Shown here: in pieces, positions 38,259-51,524 of the stretch
Numbering within the stretch: position 1 is the stretch's first letter
Layout of the letters: each line of letters begins with the position of its first letter
From: Gordius albopunctatus
Lineage: Eukaryota
DNA length: 64,000 bases
Assembly: GCA_964276515.1 (NCBI GenBank)
Contig: OZ193909.1
Coordinates: 12,338,001 to 12,402,000, forward strand
Direction of reading: 5' to 3'
Translations under genes and position numbers: made by a program
Notes under the pieces: model-generated
Database searches by the model: none
What the model was told of the DNA's origin: nothing
Seen by the model: only the letters and a program-made list of their open reading frames with translations

Positions 38259-41200
38259 GGGCCATTCCATGTCGTTTCGTCAAAAAAAAGACGATTTTCG
38301 GCCCACCATCTCAGATCGAGCTGATTTTTTGTGAGAATTTAGACCCTATAGGAAATAGTAATTTCTGAAAATTTTAACCATTTTGGGCCAATACTTTTTA
38401 AGTTATGGACGCTAAAATGGCCAAAATCACGCTCGAGTGCGTTTTACAAATTTTACTATTATTGCCATAATTTCAAAAGTATTGGTTCTAGCTTCGTAAA
38501 TTTTATTGCATTTTAATCCTTATAAAATTCTCTACCAGAAAAATGTAACCTAAAACCTCAAACTTTTGTGGTTAAAGTTTTGTGGTTAAATTTGTGGAAA
38601 ACCAAAAAAACTTACTTCGCCACCAGCTATAATCACCAAATTCACCATGGGGATTCCCCTATGCCCAAATATCAAATTTCTAAAATAAAAAGTTTGGGGA
38701 CGGCTATGAGGTGGTCAGGAAATCGAAAAAACACTAATAAATTAAATTAATTTATAGGTGGCGCTATAAACAACTATTGCGAATCTGATATTTTAACTAT
38801 ACTTTATTATTAAAGGGCCACATAAAGATATATCTGATAAATAAACAAAGTTGGAATATAACCTTATGAAAAATTCTTAAATATTGACTTAATTAAAAAC
38901 AAATTAAGGGAATTTGATATTACATTATGACTTTTTATCTAAATTATACAGGGTTAGGGTAAACTTTGTCTTCGAACATTCGTTAAAGATATACCGTAAT
39001 AAATAATTTTTATTATCTAATTCATGTTCAATAAAAATTGTATAAATATTCTTTATTATAATAAATAATAAATTGCTTCTCAAGCTACATTTTATGTAGT
39101 TGCGTAGTAGCCAAATCCATTTCTTGTGCAGAAAGTGTGTAACTACGTCCCGTGATTGTGTACGGAGACATTGTCATTATAACATCCGATTTTTTAATGT
39201 TTATTTTATCTAATTTTGGCGGGAAAAAAAATGACTTGGATGGACCATTGGGATGTAAAAGGTGGACGACAATATTTTCATTAATTAAATCCTTGCCAAC
39301 TACCAGAGCTAACCACCATTTGCTCTGGTATTTACATGCCACATAACCATTTAGGTATGCCAAATCAATTTCATCCGCTCGTTGAATTTCTTCCTTAAAA
39401 TATTCATTCGAATTTGAATATGTCTTTGTTTTTACACTCTTTCTATCAATCGGTATTAACGCGTGTAATTTTTGCATTCCAGCTATAGGTCTCGCCCGAT
39501 TAAACCTTGAAACAAGTCTCAATTCCTCTTGTTTAACCTCGTCATTTGACATATACCCAAAACTTATGTTTGTTAAACTTCTTTTTGCCCATTCAAACAA
39601 TTCGAAAGGCTGTGTTATCTGATTTTCAAATGGTTTTTGTAAACTCGCCTTGTAAGCCAAACGTTTCAGAGTACCAGCAGCACCATCGCAAGGACTTTTG
39701 CCATGGGAAGTTGCAAAAAAATGCCATTCTGCTTTAATACCGTGGTCATCAATGTGATGGCATAAATTGATTGTATTTTTTCGATTTTTATACTGTGCGG
39801 CGGATCCATCTGAAAAATAGTAAAATTTGTTTGGTTGAAAATCTAGCTCTTGCAATAAAAAGTTTATAAAACGTTTTTGAAATGCGCTATAGCTGGCAGT
39901 ATTATGCTGCAGACATTCGGATATCATAATGAATGTTGCACATTTCAATTCATCGCCCTTTTTATAGTAAGCAACAAAGGGATGTATTGTGGCCTGGACA
40001 TTGGTCCAATGATAGGCCTGAACCGCGTCTTGCACCACAAAACTATAGTTTTCCGCAAAATCATTTAAAATTATTACTTCAGAGCAATTTAAGTTAAGCT
40101 TCAAATTTTTTAAAAACATTGCTTGTTGTTCGGCTATAAAGGAATGATATAATAAATGACCAATTTTCTCGCAAAAATCCTCTAGAAAATCTTCACTATG
40201 TTTATTTAAATTTTCTAGGGTTGTCCTATCTACACTTAGCCATTGTTTATATTTTATGTATTCTATATCTGACGATTTAAATATTTCTGATATTCGTTGT
40301 TTAATATTAATGACACCTGGACAATGTAAACACTTTCCTAAATAACAAAGTGGTAGAGGCGGATTACAAATAATTTTTGCTAATATATCCTTATATGTTT
40401 TGAGAGGGTACATGTCATTGCTAGTTAATTTATTAAAATTTGCTCCGATCATCATTAATTTGACATTCTGATGGTATTGGCAAACACAGACATTGTGACT
40501 GCCACTTACTCCCGCTAAAATGCAATTTTTGGGCCTTAACTCTGCAAACTTTGAAAAGCCAAGTTGAACACTGGGATTCGCTTCTTTAAATTGTAAATAA
40601 AGTTCTTTCAGATTTAATAAAACTAATCGTTTTTGCACTTTAGTCTTCTTCTTATTAACAAGCATAGAAATAAAATCTTTCTTTCCTGCCATTACTCGGG
40701 AGAAATCATCTGATAAATAAAATTGCTCGACTAATTCTATCTCAAAACTGCTTAATGTTTTACCTGGCTGCAGATTTGGGGTAGATAAAATTCCTTTTTC
40801 TAATTTCAATTTTTTCGCCCGTCTTGCCATATAGTATGAAACATTAAAAATTGTCTTGATTTTTTGGGCCGTCCAACTATCGGGGAGTAGTGTTAGAATC
40901 CGATATTTATTACTTTTGTTTAATGAATGAAAACTAGATTTCATACTATCTAGTAATTCAGAATCGACCGATAATTGATTGTTTTCCTCGACGATTTCCA
41001 AGGTTGTGGCAAGGCTTTTTTTAATTTTTGCTAATTTTCTTGATGGATATTTTTTTTCTACGAATCTCTTCATTTTAATCGGCGATTCGGCAATCATAGA
41101 TAATGAGGTATTAAGGGCTTGAATAGATGGTCCTGCTTTGTCTATAATTTCATTTATTGGGGGGGAGAAAGAAGGATCAACAGACGGATTAATATTTGGA

Positions 41201-42245
41201 ATATCCCGGCGTTGATAAATTAATTTGCGACATGTGTCACATAATTTCGCATTGGGATCTAAGAAGGTCATCCATTTAGAAACATTTCTTATTCCTTTGA
41301 TTTTACCTTTATGGGTCTTAAATGGATTACAACAATAAGTGGTTTTATGCATGGAAATTAATTGACACAAAATTAAAGTATTTAATGAAATTATAGCCAG
41401 TTGAAACAAATAAAATTAATAGGACATCGATTTTGTGCTTTAATTAATAGCGTTGTTGCACATATGGCCTTAATCATTTAATTGTAGAAAGCTAGGATGA
41501 TGTGCCAGCTGCGATTTTATATCTTTTAAGGCAATAAAAAACCAAGCAATTGTAATCTAACCCTGTATAATTTAGATAAAAAGTCATAATGTAATATCGA
41601 ATTCCCTTAATTTGTTTTTAATTAAGTCAATATTTAAGAATTTTTCATAAGGTTATATTCCAACTTTGTTTATTTATCAGATATATCTTTATGTGGCCCT
41701 TTAATAATAAAGTATAGTTAAAATATCAGATTCGCAATAGTTGTTTATAGCGCCACCTATAAATTAATTTAATTTATTAGTGTTTTTTCGATTTCCTGAC
41801 CACCTCATAGCCGTCCCCAAACTTTTTATTTTAGAAATTTGATATTTGGACATAGGGGAATCCCCATGGTGAATTTGGTGATTATAGCTGGTGGCGAAGT
41901 AAGTTTTTTTGGTTTTCCACAAATTTAACCACAAAACTTCAACCACAAAAGTTTGAGGTTTTAGGTTACATTTTTCTGGTAGAGAATTTTATAAGGATTA
42001 AAATGCAATAAAATTTACGAAGCTAGAACCAATACTTTTGAAATTATGGCAATAATAGTAAAATTTGTAAAACGCACTCGAGCGTGATTTTGGCCATTTT
42101 AGCGTCCATAACTTAAAAAGTATTGGCCCAAAATGGTTAAAATTTTCAGAAATTACTATTTCCTATAGGGTCTAAATTCTCACAAAAAATCAGCTCGATC
42201 TGAGATGGTGGGCCGAAACCGTTTTGATATGTCATGGAATAGCCC
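38259..42245 (-). mobile_element. Sola2-like DNA transposon, apparently intact (3987 bp)
   Basis: ~700-bp TIRs (38259-38957 / 41557-42245), GGG..CCC termini, 4-bp TSD gtta/gtta, one uninterrupted transposase ORF. Confidence 0.88.
39085..41352 (-). CDS. Sola2-like DDD transposase (~755 aa from ATG at 41352)
   Basis: N-terminal CCNPF..H/C..C zinc motif; CVC..H; catalytic DFAENY, SDGSAAQYKN, HGKSPCDG; C-terminal YVACKY..WWLA domain. Confidence 0.88.
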   Translation of the reverse strand: MHKTTYCCNPFKTHKGKIKGIRNVSKWMTFLDPNAKLCDTCRKLIYQRRDIPNINPSVDPSFSPPINEIIDKAGPSIQALNTSLSMIAESPIKMKRFVEKKYPSRKLAKIKKSLATTLEIVEENNQLSVDSELLDSMKSSFHSLNKSNKYRILTLLPDSWTAQKIKTIFNVSYYMARRAKKLKLEKGILSTPNLQPGKTLSSFEIELVEQFYLSDDFSRVMAGKKDFISMLVNKKKTKVQKRLVLLNLKELYLQFKEANPSVQLGFSKFAELRPKNCILAGVSGSHNVCVCQYHQNVKLMMIGANFNKLTSNDMYPLKTYKDILAKIICNPPLPLCYLGKCLHCPGVINIKQRISEIFKSSDIEYIKYKQWLSVDRTTLENLNKHSEDFLEDFCEKIGHLLYHSFIAEQQAMFLKNLKLNLNCSEVIILNDFAENYSFVVQDAVQAYHWTNVQATIHPFVAYYKKGDELKCATFIMISECLQHNTASYSAFQKRFINFLLQELDFQPNKFYYFSDGSAAQYKNRKNTINLCHHIDDHGIKAEWHFFATSHGKSPCDGAAGTLKRLAYKASLQKPFENQITQPFELFEWAKRSLTNISFGYMSNDEVKQEELRLVSRFNRARPIAGMQKLHALIPIDRKSVKTKTYSNSNEYFKEEIQRADEIDLAYLNGYVACKYQSKWWLALVVGKDLINENIVVHLLHPNGPSKSFFFPPKLDKINIKKSDVIMTMSPYTITGRSYTLSAQEMDLATTQLHKM

Positions 42246-42500
42246 GTTAGGAATTTTCAAAAAGATTCTGATTGTATTGTATACGCTTTCTTAATACTCG
42301 GTCATTCATGATTTTAATAATTTTATTCACGATTAGGATCGGTGTCAAAAAAGTTATTTAAAAGTTGCTAACGAGATTTTGTCACCAAATCGTGGTAAAA
42401 TAATTTTTGAGCTAATAAATATTTGTTTAAAAATTAAAATAAAACGATGAGAAAATGCGCGTTTGTGACATGATTGAGTCTCGTGAGAGTAGTAAAGGGG

Positions 42501-45500
42501 TCATAGAGATATCTGGAGGTCCTGAGGTAGGCATTGCGTCAATTTCATGATTTGTTGATCTAAATACACTATGACGGCATGAAAGGCACTTTGGTCAGAT
42601 TGCCGATAGTATTTCTAAAATCATCAAGCATTAATAGAATGTTTTTAAAATAATGTTAATAAATTTAGAATGTATATTTAATTTAAAATTAAAAGTATCT
42701 ACCAATAAACTTGCGGCTTGAATTTATCGTAAGGCATAACATTAAAATGTATTACTAATTTATCGCGGAGCGTAATTATGATATCGACGATTTCCATCTC
42801 GGATTTCGGCTTGTACAACGCCTCGAAATTGACACTTTGTATTTTTTGTGACAAAATCAAAGCAACTTTGCGTGACATTTCGGATATTCTGACACTGCAC
42901 CAGCTCTCAAACATGGGAGATTTGATAAACTGCCTATGTAAAAATTGGGTTAAAAGTCATTTTAACATGTTTTTATATCATGGTTCACAAAGGGAATCAT
43001 AGTAATAAAAAATCCGTACGAATGATGTTTCTAAAAGAGTTAAATATATAAAAGAATCCTTGAATACATATTAGGCAAAAATCGTTTGAAACTATAAAAC
43101 AAAGTAAGCCACCCTTTATAAACTCATTGACTTCTAACCTTATTAATTTGTAGTCTTCAAGAAATATGATATCTTCCTTAATAGGGATTGACTATAATCT
43201 TATAAATTCATCAACTCGCATTGAAATTCATAAAGATGTTACAATTTTTATCCCTTTACCAAACAGCCACAAAACAAATTGTAATACAACATTAAAATGT
43301 TTTCTTAATTTTGTATATAGAAAACATTCATATAACAATTAATATAGGATTGCAATAGAAAGAATCAGAATTATGGCGTATTTGTCATACATAATGTGCA
43401 CAAAAAATGACTCTAAATTCAATTGAAAACACTTAAACACTTTATCGACCCTTTAACCCCGATTAAGATCTAAAGGTCAACAAAGGGCTTCAATTTCACT
43501 TGCCTATATAGACCTTCCCAGTCTCCTTTAAGGTGAGTTGTCAACTGAGGTCCCGATTGTTTAAGACTCTTAATAAATTCTTCTTGATCGAATTGCCCCA
43601 ATTTCGGCCATTTCTATACGTCACCATAATAATGATAAAGATAAAGAAGGATTAAGGAATATATGGCAAAATGATATAAACAACCAATCCCTGATTGCCC
43701 TTCCTTTTAATAAAACCCTGGGTACGCCCATAATAATTGATGAGTGTATCGCCAAACAAACAAAATTCATGCGTTTAATAAATTCAAACCCAATCATAAA
43801 TACAGGATTACCTTGTAGGGAGAAATTTCGTCAAACAGCGGTAATAAGCAGGCGATGTACCTTTCCTTAAATAGATAGTTTGCAATATAATATGACCGAA
43901 TTGGTGTAATAAATTACCAAAGGGATCATAAAACTTTGGGTGAGTTCGGTGAAATAGCGCCTTAGCATCGCGTTCTGAACTTCGGCCGGCCTCTTTTGAG
44001 ACTGCAATCACCGAATTTTGTATAAAAAAATGCAATGGTTAACATGCAAGAGACACGCAACTATTCCAAATTAAGTGCTTGATTGTAAAATACTTTACTA
44101 TAAACGTTATGCTTCTAAATTTCTAGCTAATATATATTATAATTTCAATAGAATTATGAAGATACATTTACTAGGTTAATGATAAATCTCTCACATACAG
44201 TTTTCCACAAGCAAATAAAGTTATATTGCCACAACTAGACTTGATTCAAAAATGTTCAATATAAAATTTATCTACCTTATAATTAGCAAAAAAAGTGTTA
44301 AGCACAAGAATAACGAATATATTTCGTCTATGTCAAACAATGATTACTTTTATTAATCTTTCGAGGAAGCTTTTGTCTTTTCGAATGAATGATTTCGTTT
44401 TCGTGTAAACCCCTTGAAACAAACAGGATTATATTTATCGTAAAATCGAAGATTTAAGACCTTTTTATACCTGTTTTAGTATCGAACGGCTGCATGGTAG
44501 TTTTCTTGAGCTTGCTGTGTTTATGAGATTTACCTAATGTGAAAAAATACTTGTTAACATTGGCATCTAATAAACGACACTTTAAAGATAATTTTACTAC
44601 AAATTTTACAAGGCATAGAAAGTCCTTAAAGAAGCTTATAAAAAATTCCAATATTGTGCTATACTTTATGCTTCAATCCCATCTAATCCATTAACGGTGT
44701 AGTGCCCAATTTTTACAAGTAGTCCACTCATTTTTAAATCAACGTTTTATTAGTTTTTTTAAATTAAAATAATGTACATTTGTAAGAAAGGCAACTATAT
44801 ATTAGTAAACATATTAACAAAATAGACGCGCATTGGCTTAAAAAATCTAATTCTCGACCATTCAAGAAATGCAAAACTAGTTTAAAATCTGATTTTAAAA
44901 ATGACACCTAATATTGACTCAGAGTAAATTTAGAAGGAGATTATATAATCATAACCGAAAACCTCAGAATAATTTCAAAAAAGATACTGTTCTCCTGTAC
45001 TGACATAATGGAAAAAAGGCTTAATGTATAAAAAAGAGAACTGTATTATTAATTATGCCAAATAGTAATGGACCTATATTTTTGTTTTATAATTATAATG
45101 CTAATTACGAGATAGATGATCAACGCGAATGATGTGTGGCCAATGTTGTAGCGACTTGGCGAAGAATGGATTTGTGACACCCAGTATGATCGAAGGGCTA
45201 ACGTTCAAATTTAAAATATTGGAAATCAGTCCAAAATTAATTTATTTAATCACAAAATCAAAATTTAAACATCACAAGAAATCAAATGAAACATTATAGC
45301 TTTGCAACACCAAAAATCATGGGGGTAGTCAGCATTGGGATTAGAGGGGGGGGGGGCAAAATGATCATTTTTTTTAAATTTTAGCCATATTTTTAATAAA
45401 TTTCAACAAATTTTTGGATTTAGAGGCTTGGCTACGCCCATGCCAAAAATTATAATTTCGAATAACGTTAATACCACCTTACATGGTATCTTTTTGCACG

Positions 45501-48084
45501 TATTTCTTAAAATCTTGATCGTGGATGGTAAAGTAGGGTCGATAGTCGGAGGCGTATTTGAGTGGCCATATTATGCTATAAAGTAATAAAAAAATGAATG
45601 ATTCGGGCTTAACACCTTTTTAACAATTTATATTATATATATATGTAAAAGAAATTTATTGTGATAACACAAACTATGTCGTTAAAACATAAACAAATTA
45701 AGGAAAAATTATTGTAGCAATTCTTTTACCTAACGAGCGCTTCGACAATGGAGGAACAAACTGAAGGATTGGATCCGATAACTAAAATTGGCTATTTTTT
45801 ATAAAATAAAAAAATATTTCATATTGCTTAATGTATCGAAGGCGAAAGCAAAAATATAGGAAAAAATGAAAATCTAAAAAATAGGGTTTTTTTGTATAAT
45901 ATTAAAATTTCTCATACTTCACACGTAATCACAAGTTCCCACAACAAGTGCACTTGGGTAATAATCGGTAAAAGGCAACTATATCAAATAAAATTATGTT
46001 TTAAATCAGGTATAAAATTAAAAAAGGCCAATTGTAGTTTAAACTCAATTTTTTTTATCTAAACAACATGTGCATTTAAAGTTAGTTGTCGTGGGAATCA
46101 ATTATCCAAAATTAACGAGCAAAAATCAAGGTCAACACCTAAAGACTGAACAAAAAAGATGAAAACATGCGTGGCCAGCATCGGAATTAGAGGGAGGGGC
46201 AAAATGATCATTTTTTGAAATTTTAGCCATAATTTAAATAAATTTAAATAAATTTTGGATTTAGAGGGGGCCAGGTTCCCCCCCCCTCCTGGCTACGCCC
46301 ACATAATCAGTTACAATTTATATAAAAATCGAGGAACCTGTATAAATCCATATCGAATAGATTGGGTATGAAAATGTTGTTACAGTTGCTTTCGTTCGGG
46401 GTTAGGGCTTCGTTGCGATAAAGATCCAATAGGTGGGTGTTGGAAAGTAAATCTTCATTTTTGGGAATGCGACACTGCAAATAATCGAGCATTACGATAA
46501 GTTGAATTAATCGAGGATTAAAATTTATTTGTTACAAAAAGCCTAGCCAACTAAAATTTTTAAGGCTCTTCTAACCAAACCGAGCACATCTATTGCCACA
46601 GGCTTTGAAAAGCGGGTAAGAAATACTACCCCTTCCCACTCAATTGATACTAATAATTTCGATAAAAGATTTTAAATGCTTATGGGTTCACAATTCAGTT
46701 TAAAAAATATTTTCCGAGAAGGTTATCATTTTTAGATGGAGATAGAAAATAAAAAAGTCTTCAAATAATATATTTGCCTTAATTTTTTTATTTGAACTGC
46801 ACATCAAAACAATTTATTATTCCCAAGTTTTAAATACTCAAAAATAGGTAGCAAAAAAGCCAAAATTTCAAAAAAGAATAATAAATTAATATTACACCAA
46901 TATATAAGGAAAATTACTTGAAATTTTTTACCCTACACAATATATGAACAAAGGGACATAAAAATCATTTATTAAATACTATAAGTGATCTTTAGCTTCA
47001 TTCACACTAATTTTGAAAATAGTTAGTGCATTCCTTTATGAATGATATAGAAAATAAGACTAAAAATAATTACATCTTACAATTTTTACATACTAAAAAT
47101 ATAATAAAAAAGCACCTTAATATTTATGTTTGTTATTGTGTTAATTATTAAAGGTAAAAAATTACTTTTATAATTTTTCCCATAAATGGTAAATTTAATA
47201 TAATCCCTGACATTGGAGAAGGCCATTGATCAATATCGTGACAAGCTATAAATCATATAATTAATTGTAATTCAATAGTTTTTAAAAATAATGATAAGTA
47301 TGACAATACTTAAAATTATTAATTATATTATAGATTATATGTTAATAATTAAAATTGAAGTGTTTATATCAAATGAAATTACATGTTTCAAGAGTAGGTA
47401 GTCCTGAATCAAAGTATATTGGTGCAATTTCTTGAACAAGATAATAAAACAAATTGTGCAAAGGATATTTTGTTAGCAATAACAAGCTCTAACAGGTTAT
47501 AATTTATAAAATATTTTTCCATACTTTCTGAAAATACCCTCTTTGATAATTTGCATCTTTAACTTGCCTGAAGTACACATACCCATTATAAAAATTATCA
47601 GACATCTAATTTATAACAAATAATGTTAAGATAGAATATACATATAAATAAATAACAACCTCATTTGTAATTAGGCATTCTGAGTTAAGATTTGTGAATA
47701 GAGATAAGGATTTACGATGAGAAATTGTAATAGGCAGTCTAAAATGGTAAACTGTATCTCCTATGCATGCTATGACATTATTAAATAACATTAATTTTTT
47801 TTACCAGAGTTTGAATCAGGGAAAGACAAAAAACATATATTCATTTTCTGTTTATAATCTATACTAAAAAATGGGTTTATTTACTTCTTTTTCGGTTAGT
47901 TTTAATGATTGAGGGTAGACTAACTATATCAATACAATATAAACATTCTTATATAATCAACCTCAATGGCTTGTCCCAATTCTAAATCAAACTTCACTAC
48001 TATTAATGCATAAAACCATTTTTTAAAGTTATCCCATGGTAAAATGGCCTCACAATTGGCTTTGTTATCTAAAGCCCTATCCAT
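42501..48084 (-). CDS. DENND6: DENN domain protein 6 (Rab14 GEF family), about 19 small exons
   Basis: [136 protein letters not shown]. Some junctions are approximate. Confidence 0.95.
45318..45443. mobile_element. CATGGGCGTA-family MITE in a DENND6 intron (another copy at ~46167-46303)
   Basis: catgggggtag...ctacgcccatg with a poly-G core. Confidence 0.7.
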
Positions 48085-48190
48085 TTAAAGCCAGGTAAAA
48101 TATACCATATGACATGTATTACCATGACGACAACCTAGTACATTCTAAATTAAAAATGCATTCAACATTTTATAAATTTTTAATTCTTCC

Positions 48191-48290
48191 CGTTAGCGTA
48201 GCCAGGTTTTGGATTAGGGGGGGGGGCAATACCTAAAAAAAATTTTTCATCATTTGGGGGGGGGGCCTGCCCCCTCTGGCTACGCCCATG
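48191..48290. mobile_element. CATGGGCGTA-family MITE upstream of DENND6
   Basis: gcgtagccag...ctggctacgcccatg; perfect 8-bp TSD attcttcc. Confidence 0.8.
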
Positions 48291-49842
48291 ATTCTTCCTC
48301 TTCATCATATATATGATCTTACAGTCGTGGGGTTTATTTTAACTAGATTCTTTAAACTTGATCGGGTAAACTTCATATCCTCATTGATTCTTTGTTTTTT
48401 AACTTTACCTACTTGCCCTTTTCATGTGAAACGATCGTTCTTCCTCTCTTCCAAGGCACTTGCAATTCCAATACTTTTTGATCATCCGTCTCCCTTTTTA
48501 AAATATGATCAGATCAACGCCGATTCTCGTAAATATAGTCCGCTATAAGCTGAACCATATATGTTTTGAGACAGTTATTCGCAGTGGGGTAGGGGTTTTA
48601 AGAGAGCCCCTCCTATTGACATAATTTTTTTTATTTTTCCTAAAATATATAAAATTATATGATATTAAGACTATTGTAAATATTGGACTTATAGAAAGAA
48701 TTATGACACTTTTTTTGAGATAACTATTTAATATAAAATATAATCACATTTAATTTAAAATATATAATCATTTTTAAAATTTATTCAGAAATTTTGCTTC
48801 ATTTGCACGCTATTAAAATCTCGATCTCGTCTCAACTTTTAAAAATAATTATACCATATATTTTTTTGACTCTTATAAATTATTATATATGATATAAATT
48901 CCTCATAATGGAACCAATTTTTTATCTCAAACCCCAACACACAAACCAGATAGGTGTTATATATACTACTTGCCTCGAAGGTATAGAGTTGCTAAACAAT
49001 AACTTTATTTCCTGGCTAAGGCTCAATAAAAGGATAAAGTCTAATAATATCATCATATTATACCATAATGAATTTATTGAGATCTTATATAATAACGTTA
49101 AAGTAATGACTAAAATGTGAGAGTAAACTTTTGAAGATATCATTATTAATAACAAGTAATTATTTTAACATTGTAAAAAAATATAATAGGCATTTTTGTT
49201 GGAAGAACATAACAGTTTTGAGATCTTACGTTAATTGCACATATATAACTTAAAATATAAAATTTTCTTTAAAACACAATTTACACTTCTCTATTATATT
49301 TGATTCATCCTTTTATACTGTGAAAAGTTTGAGCAGCTTGCTCTTTTTTGTGTTGGATGATGAACTTGTTCCGCATAAACTCATTATAGGTCTAAATAAT
49401 TTTATATTATATAAGCTATACAAATAAGTAACAAATACCCAAATACCCTAAGGGCTACTAACACTATGTCATTTAAGATTATATTACAAACTTGAAATTT
49501 GCGCGAAGCGGATAATTAGGTGCGTAAGTAATTACTATCAAAAGTTTCAAAATCATATTAATTTGCATTAAATACCCTAAATTTAAATCTCATAAAATAA
49601 AAATTTTTAATTAGCTAAATGAAGACTTAATAGATAAAAATTAAAGTCGAGATCTCGCCGATAAAATCTCGTCTCGAGGTCAAAATTCTCGTCTCGGTTT
49701 TTCGAGAGCAAAGACCGTAGATGTTCCTAAGAATCGTAGCATATCTCACACGCTAGTTTTCCCCATCTCACCTTGTTTCTCTGTTGCATACCGTTTTGCT
49801 GGCAGTCTTTGTAATACCCGCAAAAATTTCGCTTTATTAAAC

Positions 49843-50837
49843 TCATATATACATATATATAAAAATGAAACTATGTGTATGTATGTATGTATGTATGTAT
49901 GTATGTATGTATGTATGTATGTATGTATGTATGTATGTATGTATGTATGTATGTATGTATGTATGTATGTATGTATGTATGTATGTATGTATGTATGTAT
50001 GTATGTATGTATGTATGTATGTATGTATGTATGTATGTATGTATGTATGTATGTATGTATGTATGTATGTATGTATGTATGTATGTATGTATGTATGTAT
50101 GTATGTATGTATGTATGTATGTATGTATGTATGTATGTATGTATGTATGTATGTATGTATGTATGTATGTATGTATGTATGTATGTATGTATGTATGTAT
50201 GTATGTATGTATGTATGTATGTATGTATGTATGTATGTATGTATGTATGTATGTATGTATGTATGTATGTATGTATGTATGTATGTATGTATGTATGTAT
50301 GTATGTATGTATGTATGTATGTATGTATGTATGTATGTATGTATGTATGTATGTATGTATGTATGTATGTATGTATGTATGTATGTATGTATGTATGTAT
50401 GTATGTATGTATGTATGTATGTATGTATGTATGTATGTATGTATGTATGTATGTATGTATGTATGTATGTATGTATGTATGTATGTATGTATGTATGTAT
50501 GTATGTATGTATGTATGTATGTATGTATGTATGTATGTATGTATGTATGTATGTATGTATGTATGTATGTATGTATGTATGTATGTATGTATGTATGTAT
50601 GTATGTATGTATGTATGTATGTATGTATGTATGTATGTATGTATGTATGTATGTATGTATGTATGTATGTATGTATGTATGTATGTATGTATGTATGTAT
50701 GTATGTATGTATGTATGTATGTATGTATGTATGTATGTATGTATGTATGTATGTATGTATGTATGTATGTATGTATGTATGTATGTATGTATGTATGTAT
50801 GTATGTATGTATGTATGTATGTATGTATGTATGTATG

Positions 50838-50868
<31 letters not shown>

Positions 50869-51120
50869 GGGCCAAACTCTCAAACTACCGGCCCGATTCG
50901 CGCGAAAATTTACCCGTAGATGCCCAGGGATGCCAGGGGTAAAATAGCTTTTTCAGATTCCTAAAATACCTTTTAGTTTTAAAAATATCGGACATTTCAT
51001 GACGTCATACATACAAGGCTGAAGTTTTCTCGAATTAGATATTTAAAAGTATAAGAAAAAGGTTACAGTATACGGTCAAAATTATTGGGGTTTAACAAAC
51101 TATTTAAATTAAATAAATAA
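49843..51120 (+). mobile_element. 3'-truncated Helitron-family copy with an expanded microsatellite
   Basis: 50865-51120 aligns with 28244-28535 (with a short deletion); the 5' leader matches 4895-4922. Confidence 0.8.
49877..50864. repeat. Perfect (GTAT)n microsatellite, ~247 units
   Basis: Uninterrupted tetranucleotide array of 988 bp. Confidence 0.98.
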
Positions 51121-51524
51121 TATTTAAATTATTATCACGTGGTCGATCATAGAAGCATATTTTTAATAATTATCCATCCTTCAATTATTTATCTTATTAT
51201 ATTAAAGAAAATTTTATTTCAAATAAATCAGCTAACTAGAAAAATAAAATAATTGTATTATTATTGTATAATAAGTAACAGCATTAATCAGCAATTTTTT
51301 CAAAAACATTTAATTTTAGTCGAATTGGATGACTAAAACAGAATTCGCATTTGGTTTGTCTTATTATATATATACTAAAAATAGTGGGTTCATAAAATCC
51401 GTGACGTGATAAAATTCGTGCTCTAAATAAATATTATGGATATTTTATTTATTTGAATTATTATTTCATATAATACCCCATTTTATATAAGTCTTATTAA
51501 TAAGTTATACTTATTTAACCAAAC

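Noticed and set aside
38568..41946. Twin 60-aa ORFs at 38568-38750 (+) and 41764-41946 (-)
   Set aside because: Mirror images within the transposon TIRs; no coding signal.
42703..42730. Possible extra DENND6 micro-exon (IQAASLL) needing a non-AG acceptor
   Set aside because: A canonical phase-0 splice from LRDKL to KYYRQ explains the gene without it.
48900..49545. Exon-like minus-strand pieces upstream of DENND6
   Set aside because: Could not build a stop-free spliced model or recognise a family.
49843..50947. Five 330-360 aa ORFs (YIHT/MYVC repeats)
   Set aside because: Translation artefacts of the stop-free GTAT microsatellite.
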